From Octopus vulgaris (Eukaryota), in the NCBI GenBank assembly GCA_951406725.2, contig OX597818.1, forward strand, positions 108,934,001-108,998,000: a stretch of 64,000 nt of DNA, given 5' to 3'. Position 1 is the stretch's first letter. Each line of letters starts with the position of its first letter. Under the pieces are notes generated by a model. The model was not told where the DNA came from. It worked only from the letters and a program-made list of their open reading frames with translations, and did no database searches. Below are positions 11,171 through 22,533 of this stretch, piece by piece. Made by a program: the position numbers and the translations under genes.

Positions 11171-12618
11171 AGGACTATTTGAAATATAACAGTGGTGCTA
11201 GCAAACAGAAAAGATAACATTCGTTTAGCCGGGGATTGATCCAAGATTAAGTAACTTTGATTTTATGTTCTTGTCTTTTATTCCTATTTATGAGTTAATC
11301 AAGAGAAGAAAGATACCGTTTTCTCTGCAAGCCTTGCCACACAGCTGAGTTTGATGCAGCAAACCCAGTTTTGCATTTACACATCAGTGGGAAAATATGG
11401 GCACAGAAAGAGCAGAGATCTGACTCTTATGCTTTCAACAGGGAAAAGACAGTTGATGATACTCTAGGACCAAGTAGTTGTGGTAAACTAAACAGGGATC
11501 ATCTGCATTTAGCTCAAAATATGATTAAAGATGAGAAAAATCAATAGCAATATGACATGTGTGAGGAGAAGAGGATTGATACAAGAGCATGATGATAGCG
11601 AGTAGGTAAGGTGATGGCCTCAAGGTCAATACCAACATCAGCAAACAAGAATATCAGGTTAAAGAACAACGGAAATTACATTTTATAATTTGACCTCTCA
11701 GCAAATTCTGGAACCAGAATCATAAGAGCATCACACTAACAAGTCTCTACATTTTGAGGAGGTAGAGAAAAAAACAGGTTTCATTTAATCTATAAAATTG
11801 GGTAAAACAGTAAATAATGGCATGCACTAATTTATTCCGAGACTACCACATACTTAACCCACCCTGAAAGAAAAAGAAAAAAAGGAGAACCAAAACTTAA
11901 TTAACAGATGCACAATAAATTGCAATGGAAAAAAGATGCACTAAATCTTGAGTATCACAACTATGTAACAGAGTTGGCTAGGGGGCAGGGGCAAATATTT
12001 TTTACAGATCAATACACTTCCTAATTTAAATTGCACAACTGCGAACACAGGATAGGGCCCTATTTTTGTTTACTATTTCATTTGTTTCTTTAATTCTTCA
12101 GCAAGATGGTAAAGGCTTGTAGAAGAATAAATTTTACCTTGGCAAGATAACATAGCACTTAACTTCAATTATACAAAGATTTGGAAACCCCTGAGAGAGA
12201 GAAAACCCTTAGAATCCACACATCAGTTTTAAGTAAACTGCAGTAAGCTAAGCTATCCAAATAGATGCATGAATACCTCTTAAATATATAAATTAAAGTA
12301 ATGTATTCAAACACACACACATACACACACATGAACATGTAAGAATATATACATAATGTACTACTTATATGCATGTATGTATAAATGTAAACACATATAA
12401 AATGTGAATTAAGATTCTATCCTAGCAGGCAGCTGAGAATTCTGTTAAAATAAAAATGGTGGATTCGATAGAATTCAGAAAGTTATTAAGGCCATTACTT
12501 GGCCTCATTGAGAAGTGTGGAACTCAAATATTTGTTATATAGAAATAATGGAGTGGGAGAATGTAACGTTGGGCACATATATTTTGCAAATGCAATTAAA
12601 ACCATTATAATTTACTAA

Positions 12619-12992
12619 AGGTGTGGCTGTGGTAAGAAGCTTGCTCCCCAACCACATGGTTCCAGGTTCGGTCCCACTGTGTGGCACCTTGGAAAATGTC
12701 TTCTTCTACAGCTTCAGGCCAACTAAAAGCCTTGGGAGTGGATTTCATAAACAGAAATTGAAAGAAACCTGTCATGTGTGCGTGTGTGTGTGTGTTGGCA
12801 TCTTTGTTTGTTGCATACCACTGCATTTCAACTGGTGTTAGTGTGTTTATGTTCTTGTAACATAGCAGTTTGGCAAACAAGACCAATTCCAGTCTTGGAA
12901 AAATAAATGTACTGAGATCGATCTAGTTAACTAAAATTTCTGCAAGGCGGTTGCTGCCTCAGCATGGCTACTGTCTAATGACTGAAACAAGA
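12619..12992 (+). mobile_element. SINE family A
   Basis: TGGCTGTGGTAAGAAGCTTG...GGTTCGGTCCCACTG...GACTGAAACAAG. Confidence 0.87.
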
Positions 12993-13174
12993 AAGGGGTA
13001 AATGGTACATCTCCTTATACAAAGTTGAATGTGAATTCTTCATGGGAATGGTTAAAGAGATGAAGTGCCACGAGTTCAAGTTGTATTGCAATCTGGTGGA
13101 AAGCAAAAAGAAAAAAAAAGCTTGCCTCAGCCACATTCTAGCACTTAACTACTGATGGATCAGGGTGAACAATC

Positions 13175-13370
13175 ATCGTAACCATCACCTTCATCATCAA
13201 ACATCAGTTTTTCACATCGGCATGGATTGGATGGTTTGACAGAGGCTGGCAAGCCAGAGAGTTGCAACGAGTTCAGTTGTTTGTTTTGCTATGGTTTCTA
13301 CAGCTGGATGCCCTTCCTAATGTCAACTACATTACAGAGGGCACTGGGTGCTTTTTACATGGCACCAGCA
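13175..13370 (-). mobile_element. RTE LINE 3' UTR fragment (diverged)
   Basis: tttctacagctggatgcccttcctaatg motif and degenerate (CAT)n. Confidence 0.75.
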
Positions 13371-14196
13371 TGTGTGCTTAACATTGACACAAGTATTTCA
13401 TGCAAAATATCCAAATTTTGCTGATATATTCAATTTATGGTTGCATGGAAATGCAAATAAATAAATGAAAAAAAAAAAGAGAGTAAAAACAGAGAATTAA
13501 TACAGGAGCTGAATTGTACAGTTTTTCATTTCCTTCACATGTTACAATTCAAATCAGTGCAATCATTAAACAAAGGTATTTCTAAAAGAAATCACAACAG
13601 AAGCTTGGAATGAACTCTATTGCTTAATAAACAATATCTCACACCTCTACATACAAAAAAAAAAACAAATACAAAAAAAAAAACACCCCACCAGACACAT
13701 GTATAGAAGATGCAACAGAATTTATTTTATGGCCTGAAAATCTACCAAAGAAGTGAAACAGGTATAAATCTGTTGGGGTTCAACATCTTATTAAGATAAA
13801 TTAATTACTTCAATGAACAGCACAGGGGTCCCTATGTGGATTGCACTCTTCAAGAATCAAACATATACATACACATCTACATATTATTTGTACACACACA
13901 CACATATATCAATTCACACATACGTATATTTATTTATCTATCTAAAAAAATAAATAAATGACAAGGGAACAAGAGATTATGTAATCAATTTCATTAGCTT
14001 ACAGCTGCTTCTGCTATTATAAGATGCAATGAACTCATAGCTGAGTGCTTGTAACACACAATAATTCTGTTGAGGTGAGTGAGCATGCTTGAGTGCATCC
14101 ATGTATGTATATATACACAAACACACTCACATGCATGTGTACATATGCTATAGACACATGTGAGTGTGTCTGCCTGTTTATGTGCATATATATATA

Positions 14197-14436
14197 TTCA
14201 ATTCAATTCAATTCAATTTTTATTGGCTCAAAAAGCAAAAGCAAGGCCATGTAGGGGGACAGGGAGTTATGTACAGGGAGGGTGGTCACACAAAGAGTTC
14301 AGGCCATTTCTGGTCAAGAGAGACTTTGAACCAAATGGTTGTCGGCATCTTTACTATCTCGTCTGGCAGCTTATTCCACAGATCTGCAACCCGGATGGAG
14401 AAAGCCCCTCTCCTTCGATTGAGATGAAAACGTCGT
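14197..14436 (-). mobile_element. CR1-type LINE 3' fragment, relative of the 46945-48762 element
   Basis: RRFHLNRRRGAFSIRVADLWNKLPDEIVKMPTTIWFKVSLDQKWPELFV closely matches the C-terminus of ORF 46887-48686; (ATTGA)n tail. Confidence 0.9.
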
Positions 14437-14535
14437 AGAAAGTTGGCCTTAGTAACACTTGAACACAGGATGTATATATATAGATAATTGTTAAAGAGGA
14501 CAACAAATGTTAAGATAAACATCTCAAGTCATATA

Positions 14536-14567
<32 letters not shown>

Positions 14568-14750
14568 GTATTGGAAAAAAATTCAAAGTAATCCGTTACA
14601 GCACTTACCTGGCATACCTAGTTGTTTAGATCACCTGTGAACTAAAGCCCCATATTTTGTATATATGTTATATTAATGATATAATTGTGCTCAAATCTAG
14701 ATTCCATTTTTTTTTAAATTAAAGAATTGTCATAATATTTTATTTAATCC

Positions 14751-15165
14751 TTTACTCTTTTTACTCTTTTTTTTTTACTCTTTTTTACTTCTTTCAGTCA
14801 TTTGACTGCGGCCATGCTGGAGCACCGCCTTTAGTCGAGCAAATCGACCCTGGTACTTATTCGTTGTAAGCCCAGTACTTATTCTATCGGTCTCTTTTTT
14901 TGCCGAACCGCTAAGTGACGGGGATGTAAACACACCAGCATCGGTTATCAAGCAATGCTAGGGGGACAAACACAGACACACACACACACATATATACATA
15001 TATACGACAGGCTTCTTTCAGTTTCCGTCTACCAAATCCACTCACAAGGCATTGGTCGGCCTGGGGCTATAGCAGAAGACACTTGCCCAAGATGCCACGC
15101 AGTGGGACTGAACCCGGAACCATGTGGTTGGTTAGCAAGCTACTTACCACACAGCCACTCCTGCA
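14751..15165 (-). mobile_element. SINE family A, full length, young
   Basis: Intact head GGTGCAGGAGTGGCTGTGTGGTAAG...GGTTCAGTCCC, CpGs retained, (GAGTAAAAA)n tail. Confidence 0.93.
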
Positions 15166-15345
15166 CCAAGATATCCATGAGCTGAAGGTTAAGATAGACA
15201 CATACACTGAACTGAACCTTTAACCATACAGTTGCAAAGTTAAACTACATGTGCACCCACACTAATATATTTTTTGCCCTCTCCTGAAAGATTAAAACAA
15301 AACAAACTCAGAAGGATTTGCACTCAAGCCTTATAGATGGATTTG

Positions 15346-15373
15346 GTAGACGGAAACTGAAAGAAACCTGTCG

Positions 15374-15420
<47 letters not shown>

Positions 15421-15590
15421 CCCACCATTGCTTGACAACTGATGTTGGTGTGTTTGCATTCCTGTGACATAGCGGTTCGGCAAAAGAGAGCGATAGAATA
15501 AGTAGTAGGCTTACAAAGAATAAGTCCTGGGGTCAATTTGTTTGCCAAAAAGCGGTGCTCCAACATGGCCAGAGTCAAATTACTGAAACA
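15346..15590 (+). mobile_element. SINE family A, 5'-truncated
   Basis: Body and 3' end of family A; inverted relative to 14751-15165. Confidence 0.87.
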
Positions 15591-15604
15591 AATATATATA
15601 TATA

Positions 15605-15645
<41 letters not shown>

Positions 15646-16364
15646 GGAGAGAGAGAGAGAGAGCATGGTAAAATGGTAATATTTATACCCAAGATTCTTT
15701 TGAATTTTCTCAGCCTTCATTCCAAAACAAGAACTCATAGAACAAATTTTTGCAATGAGATACAGTGAAAACAATGCAGTACTTTAGAATAAGTCATATC
15801 TCTTATGAGTTGTTGATAAACCAGGAACTAAACAGATTAAACTGAAGATATTTGAGAACATATTACAAACAAAAATCTGTTATTACTTAGGAAAATTGAA
15901 ACAAGATCAATCTGGTCAACATGGTGGCCTGTTTTTATGATTAATGAATTTTCCACGATTTATTGGTCAGAAAGTGAACTGTTATTCCAATATTTCTGCC
16001 TTTCCCTCTTCTGGCAATATCTACTAATATCCTGTGTTTTCCCACTTTAGCTGGTATATCTGCTGAATAAGCAGCAGCAGTAGCAGCAAAAAACCACCAC
16101 CACCACCAATGGTAGCACATAATCAGAATTATTAGATCATTGAACAAAATTGCTTCATGGTAACGGTTCCAAATTCTGACATTCTGAGTTCAAATCTTGC
16201 AAAATCAACTGTCTTTCATTCTTCTAAGGTCCATAAAATAAAGTACCAGTCAATTACTAGTACTCTGAACATTGGCTACCCCGCCCTCTGTCAAATGATA
16301 ATTACTAATTATTTCCATGATTTCACTGAATTCTTTCACTGTAGTTTTCCTAGTACGCACAGCA

Positions 16365-16535
16365 ATCTTTTCTACTCTAGGCACAAGGCCTAAAATTTTG
16401 GGGGAGGGGACCAGTCAATTAGTATGCAACTGGTACTTAATTTATCGACTCCGAAAGGATGAAAGGCAAGGTCGACCTCAGTGGAATTTGAACTCAGTAC
16501 GTAAAGACAGACAAAATACTGCTAAGCATTTCAGT
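16365..16535 (-). mobile_element. SINE family B fragment
   Basis: tggtacttaatttatcgactccgaaaggatgaaaggcaaggtcgacctcagtggaatttgaactcag. Confidence 0.8.
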
Positions 16536-17808
16536 ATGATCAAACGTCACCAACTTGGGTGCAGGGAGAATGCAGTAGCAGTTATATGAGAGCGGCAGAA
16601 ACGCTGGAGCACCAGACAGAAATAGCTTTTGGATACTTAGTTATGTCCCTTGATATTCGAGACTGGATGACTGTCTGAATCTGATTCCCTTTTTTAATTT
16701 ATAAGGTACAATGAAGCTACATAGGCTGTTGTCTTTAAGCAAGGCACAAAACTTATTCCTCAGTCTACCGGACTGACAACAGCAATTGTGGTTTTATAAG
16801 TGGAGTGATTAGCAATTGAAAAGACAACTGCTTCAACCAAAAGAAGAAAGCTGCAAAAATATTCTTTAAATTACACTTTATGATCGAAATATTTTATAAC
16901 GTAGTCCTAGATAGATGATGCCTGAAGAAAAGAGAGGTGTGTCACTCTCAGCCACAGGTGAACGGATAAGAAATGGTCTTAGATAAATAACAACTGTGTC
17001 AGGAGAATCTTTCTTAAACAGGTCCATATTGTAAACAAATTAAGTATTATCTCCAGTTCCAGTTTTAGCAGTCAGTACTAAAAGAGAGATCTTTGACTAA
17101 AAAGCAATCTTTAAAACAAAAGCTATAAACAGAATAGCTATGAAGAGAATAGCACATCATAAGACATTCAAAAGTTGTAATCATGAGGAAGCTGTTCAAC
17201 CTAAAAGAAAATTTAAGACATTTTCCTTGGCTATAACTCAATGAAATGTAATTTCTTGGAAATGTGTACTGTGTAACCAGGTTCAATCAGTGGAGTTCCA
17301 TTTCTCAAAGTTAGTGCATCATATGTTTAATGGAAAGCTTAGCCTTTGAAACTTCTTAAAAGGAATGCAAAACTGGATTTCACACGAAAATGGCAATATA
17401 TATTTCAAATATTGATAAAAGAGTCTTTGATCCTCATTCTTCATCCAGGTTTCATTTTGGAAACTTTCTTCTGACCAATATTGAAAATCATCCAAACCCA
17501 AGGCGAAAAATCGCGTCAATAATCTTCAAGTATCTTGCATTAATCCTTTTGATTTTTAAATCAACACAAAACCATTTCAAATGCAACAAAGAAACCTGCT
17601 AGGTAAAAACGTGATACGCAATTTCTTCCTCTTCATTTCTCAAAACAAATTTTCTTTTTTATTCAGTTATGTTAGTGAGGAAAATTTATGTGGTGCTGTA
17701 GATGAGCTCTTCTTAGAAACTATCCCTCCCAAAATCTGAGGATTAGAAGTACATTTCAGGGACAAAAACAAGTCATTACATAAATAACAATGTTCATTCT
17801 TGTCAATG

Positions 17809-17846
<38 letters not shown>

Positions 17847-19038
17847 ACTCGCACATACACATCTGAATTTTTATGAAACAAATTCAAAACTGACACTGAT
17901 TCTATTTCAGAATATCATTAATAGTAAAATAGTTGTCTATCTCTATTACATTAGAAAGCTATCACTACAACCACTTCTTCTTCCTCCTCCTCCTCACTCA
18001 CTGGCCAGTTTTGACTTCAGCTCCATCTTCTGTTTCTAATCGACAGTTTGACTGGTCTGGTTTCAACTTAATACTATTTGCTGGAAGAATGGAATGTCCA
18101 TCTTAAAATGAAGGTGTTAATAATTTATGAAGCTGACACCTAAAGAGCTAAAGTTCAGAGAATTCATTAAAAGCTCTAATGACTAAGAAACTCAACAGAT
18201 AATTGCATTTAGCTTAGCTGAGGTCAAACACAAGACAGACCACACTTTTGTAAACAGCTTTTGCCACTGAGACCAAGTCAGCGTATGGACAGTGATATTG
18301 TCTGAAAGAGACAGCAGGACTAATTTTGACACCTAGATGAGCACTAGACAACAACTTAAATGGAGTTTATTACCACAGAACAAAACTGGCCATCCAGCTC
18401 GATAAATAAGATAGCATAATCAATTAATATCAGTTTGATGTAAAAACAAAGCGAAAATAAAGAGAAAGAAAAGAGAAAGAGAAGGTTTGGAAAGAAAGAA
18501 GAATATAAAGCATCTCTTAGATTTGAAACAAAATGAATGTCAAAGAAAGTTCACTGATGTTTTGCAGGTCAGCATATTTTATTGACGAAGGCCAACCAGA
18601 TCTGAAGAAAATGGACTTTCAAAATGGGAAAATACAAAGAATAACTTATGAAATCTCAAACAGTTTGCTAAAATATCAATACAAAATTGCTTTTACTGTG
18701 AGGGAAGGGAACTGTGATTAACAATTCCCTTGTTTTCATTTGAATCATCCATTTCTTAAATAGTATGGCAATATTAAATGGATATATAATTATTAATGAC
18801 AACGATTGTATGAGTCAGTGTTGTCTCTCTCACATACGCAGTGTGCTTATGTACATGTGTGAATGAGAGAGAGAGAGAGAGAGAGAATATGCAAATGTAT
18901 GTCTTAGTATCTGCAAAAATCCCATTTAAACTATTTACCAGTCTTTTGAGGGAGCCCCTACAGAGCCACACAAACTGCGATGAATAATAGCCAAATCTCC
19001 CTCAAATCACGGCTCCTATCTTAAATAAATAGAGAGGA

Positions 19039-19086
19039 GCCTGTACAGGTGCATGGTGTCATAGCACACCATGCACCTGTACAGGC
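19039..19086. repeat. Perfect 21-bp inverted repeat with 6-nt loop
   Basis: GCCTGTACAGGTGCATGGTGT-catagc-ACACCATGCACCTGTACAGGC. Confidence 0.95.
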
Positions 19087-19707
19087 AATATCAATATAAT
19101 GGAGAGAAGAAGCTAATGTACAGCAGAAGCATTTGATCACTATAAATAAACCATCTGTGCAGGTTTAAGAAATGCGGACCCTTCATCTACCATTTACGAC
19201 AAGGGAGTCCACCAATCAGCAAGAAAAATTATACTGAAGAACAGTTAAAATTTTGAAAATAAAAACATTAACACACACACACACAGTATTAAGATGCATT
19301 ACATGAAACCTTTGAAAGATTATCAATTAGTTTCAAATTTCAAAGCTTATTTAGCTTATTACACCAGATTATTTAAATAAGCCACCAGGTAAAATGTGAA
19401 GTCCCAGTTGAATCTGATTAAATGAAATTTAACTCTGCTATTAGTACTGAGTACCCCACCCCATCAATGAATGCTCTTTTATTATTTTTAAAATTCTTTT
19501 AAAATAACCCAGAAAATAATATCAAGTTCTCACTTGATATTTTTCTCTTTCTTGGTAATGAACCAATTTTGACTTTGCACCTGTTGACCTCGAATCCATC
19601 ACAGAACAGAAATCACTCTCTTGTTTAACATGCAGTCAACTTCGAATGGCTTCTTATTATCTTTCAAAAATAACACAAAACAAGTCATTAATAAAAATAG
19701 AGATGAA

Positions 19708-20083
19708 AGTGGTGAGCTGGCAGAATTTTTACCTGTCTGTATGTTCTGAGTTCAAATTCTGCCAAAGTTGACTTCACCGAGGCCCATGTAATTGACTCAA
19801 CCCAACTCCTGAAATTGCTGGCCTTGTGCCAAAATTTGGAACCAATATTTACTTTGCGTATCAGGCAATGAGCTGGCAGAATTGTGAATGCGCCAGGCAA
19901 AATGCTTAATGGCATTTTGCCCATCTTTACATTCTGAGTTCAAATTCTGCTGCTGCCAACATTGGCTTTTGGATTTCATCCTTTCAAAGTCAATAAAATA
20001 AGGACCAGCTGAGCACCGAGGCTAATGTAATCAATTTAACTGCTGCTCCAAAATAGCTGGCCTTGTGCCAAAATTTGAAATCA
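19708..20083 (+). mobile_element. Two tandem SINE family B copies (19708-19845 deleted; 19862-20083)
   Basis: Each begins GAGCTGGCAGAAT, contains TTCTGAGTTCAAATTCTGC and ends GGCCTTGTGCCAAAATTTG. Confidence 0.85.
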
Positions 20084-20929
20084 CTATATACAGAGAGATA
20101 CGTGTGTGAATATATGTAGGTAGATACAATTGAACATCAACCAGTGGTTGTATTTCTGTCCTTTCTAATTGTATTGTGAATTCAGTTTTTAGATTCTGTC
20201 AACTTATATTGTTGATAGATCAGCAAAGACAACAGCGACCCATCTTTGGATGTAAGCAGAGATTGCTAGGAATGAATCTAAGTTTCTAAAAATAACTTTG
20301 ATAGAAACTTCAGCCATTCTTCTATTTGGTTATGGTTTTCGTTACACTTGAGATAACTGAGATTCTAAACAGAATCGGAATTAAGTTAGTGGAGAGACAA
20401 TAAGTCTGACTGAAAATGACAGATTTCAGTAATAAATTTCACCATTCCAATAAGGCTGTCCAACTTACCAAAAGTTTTGGATGGGAACAGTGACAACAAT
20501 AGAGAGTGTATGAAAAAAGAAAAGGTGAGAGAGAGGATAGGGGGAAGGGTGAAGGCAGACAGAAAGATGTGGCTCAACACTGAGCTGGCCAGACTAATTA
20601 GAATGGAGAACAAAAACTACAACAACAAAGATCCAGCTAACTCCAATTGCCAGAGAGAAAGAGTAGGCGGGGTGTCAGAAGAACTAATAAAAGAAACTAT
20701 TGAATGAATGATGTTACAACTAAATATTTGGTTTAAGTAAAGGACAGATCCCCCCCCAACCCCCATCAACTACTGAAGGAACTGAGTTTCACAACTTTCC
20801 CCACCCCTATAGGAAAAACAATGAACTATGAAATCATAAAGGCAACAGCAACATTATAACAAATTGAAATTAGATTTTATGTGTATGATTTGAAGTGAAC
20901 AATACTGACTTCCATAGTCTCTGATTGAT

Positions 20930-21178
20930 TGTCTAAGATTGTTTTGTACACTGCTGAGGAGAGCACAAGCCAGGTGGAGAGGCCACCTTGTTCAAATGCC
21001 AGACACACGATTCCCTAACAAGCTGTTTTACAGTGAATTGGCAGAAGGCAAGCACACACAAGGTGGACAGGAAAAGTGCTTCAAGGATGGAGTTAGAAAT
21101 CACTGAAGAGCTTTGAGATCAACTTTGATGCCTAGGAAACGCAAGTGCAAGACTGGCCTGTCGGGCAAAGCTGCACCA
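20930..21178 (+). mobile_element. Decayed fragment of a second (RTE-1/BovB-like) RTE lineage
   Basis: Translates GHLVQMPDTRFPNKLFYSELAEGKHTQGGQEKCFKD, fitting the RTE C-terminal GHxxRM..R.PK.lfygel..G.R..Gg.k.fkD pattern. Confidence 0.7.
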
Positions 21179-21404
21179 ACAGGTGCCACACAGTGGGACT
21201 GAACCCAGAACCATGTGACTGGAAAGCAAACTTCTTACCAAAAAGCCACACTTGAATTTAAAGTATGTTTACAAAATTTGTAATTTGGGTGAGTAGAACT
21301 GCCCACTCTAGACAAAACATCAATATACACATTCTTTTTTCCATACCAACAGAAGATGTAAAAAAAAAAAAGTTCAACATTACCACAATATTTTGTAAAT
21401 CTTT

Positions 21405-21799
21405 ATTTTATTTACTTGTTTCAGTCATTTAACTGTGGCCATGCTGGAGCACCGCCTTTGGTCAAACAAATCGATCCCAGGTCTTATTATTTGTAAGCTC
21501 AGTACTTATTCTATCAGTCTCTTTCGCCGAACTGCTAAGTTACGGGGACATAAATACATCAAGATTGGTTGTCAAGCGATGGTGAGAGGACAAGCACAGC
21601 CACACACACACAGATATATATATATATATATATATACAATAGACTTCTTTCAGTTTCCGTCAACTAAATCCACTCACAAGGCCTTGGTGAGCCCGAGGCT
21701 ATAGTAGAAGACACTTGCCCAAGGTGCCAAGCAGTGGAACCGAACCCAGAACCATGTAGTTGGGAAGCAAGCTTCTCACCACACAGCCATGCTGCACCT
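21405..21799 (-). mobile_element. SINE family A, full length (head fragment of another copy at 21180-21252)
   Basis: Colinear with 14751-15165. Confidence 0.9.
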
Positions 21800-21977
21800 A
21801 TATCCTATAAAATATATTCAACATAAATTGGATGTTATATTGGTCTGTAATGAGAGTAAGATCCCACGCCCCACATACACACCAGAGGGTAGCCTAACCA
21901 TTTATATAACCACTCAACAATTGTTGCAGCTTCTTTCTCAACAGAAAGATTAAACAGAACAAACACAGATGTTTGGG

Positions 21978-22533
21978 TAGAACAAACTTCACTGCAGTAA
22001 AGATTGTCAAAATCACATGATCTGGTGATTTCGGTGCTTGAGTTGGTAAGGATTTATTTCCCCTGCTAGCTTTATAAACAAGAGACCATTTTGCACCAAA
22101 AGCCCAAATCAGAGTTTCTCTTATGGTTTCTACTGCAATGAAGTTTGTTCTAACAGAACATTCACATTTAAATGGGATTAAATATTACCAGTTGGTATTA
22201 ATTCCGCCTCCTCTGTGGCTAATATATACTTCTAACAAGCTCACTGGCCAATCGCAACAATGGTGCCTGTTGTGGCACCGATTTTATATATATATCACTG
22301 GTGGTGAGATGAGTCGATGCTATTCTAGCGGTCAAGCGTCCATCCTTGATGAGATTAAGGAAGGTTGAAATTGCATGACCTGGTGGTCTTGGTGCTGGAA
22401 TTGATGGGGATTTATCTTCCTGCTAATCATATAAACAAGCATGCATTTCGGACCAAAAGCTCAGATCAAAGTTTCTCCTGTGGTATCTAGTGCAGTAAAG
22501 TCTCTTCTAACAGAACACCCATGTTTAAATGGG
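21978..22533 (-). repeat. Diverged 160-bp direct repeat (22016-22176 / 22374-22533) plus 22-bp inverted copy; possible Penelope pLTR relic
   Basis: Essentially colinear alignment of the two units by eye; 21978-21999 is the reverse complement of 22131-22152 with 1 mismatch. Confidence 0.6.

Noticed and set aside
12138-12190. 53-nt minus-strand candidate exon (ctctcag|GGG...CAAG|gtaaaa)
   Set aside because: Splice-like ends, but the only open frame GFPNLCIIEVKCYVILP is unrecognisable, and it would introduce a stop in the proposed small ORF; unsupported without RNA data.
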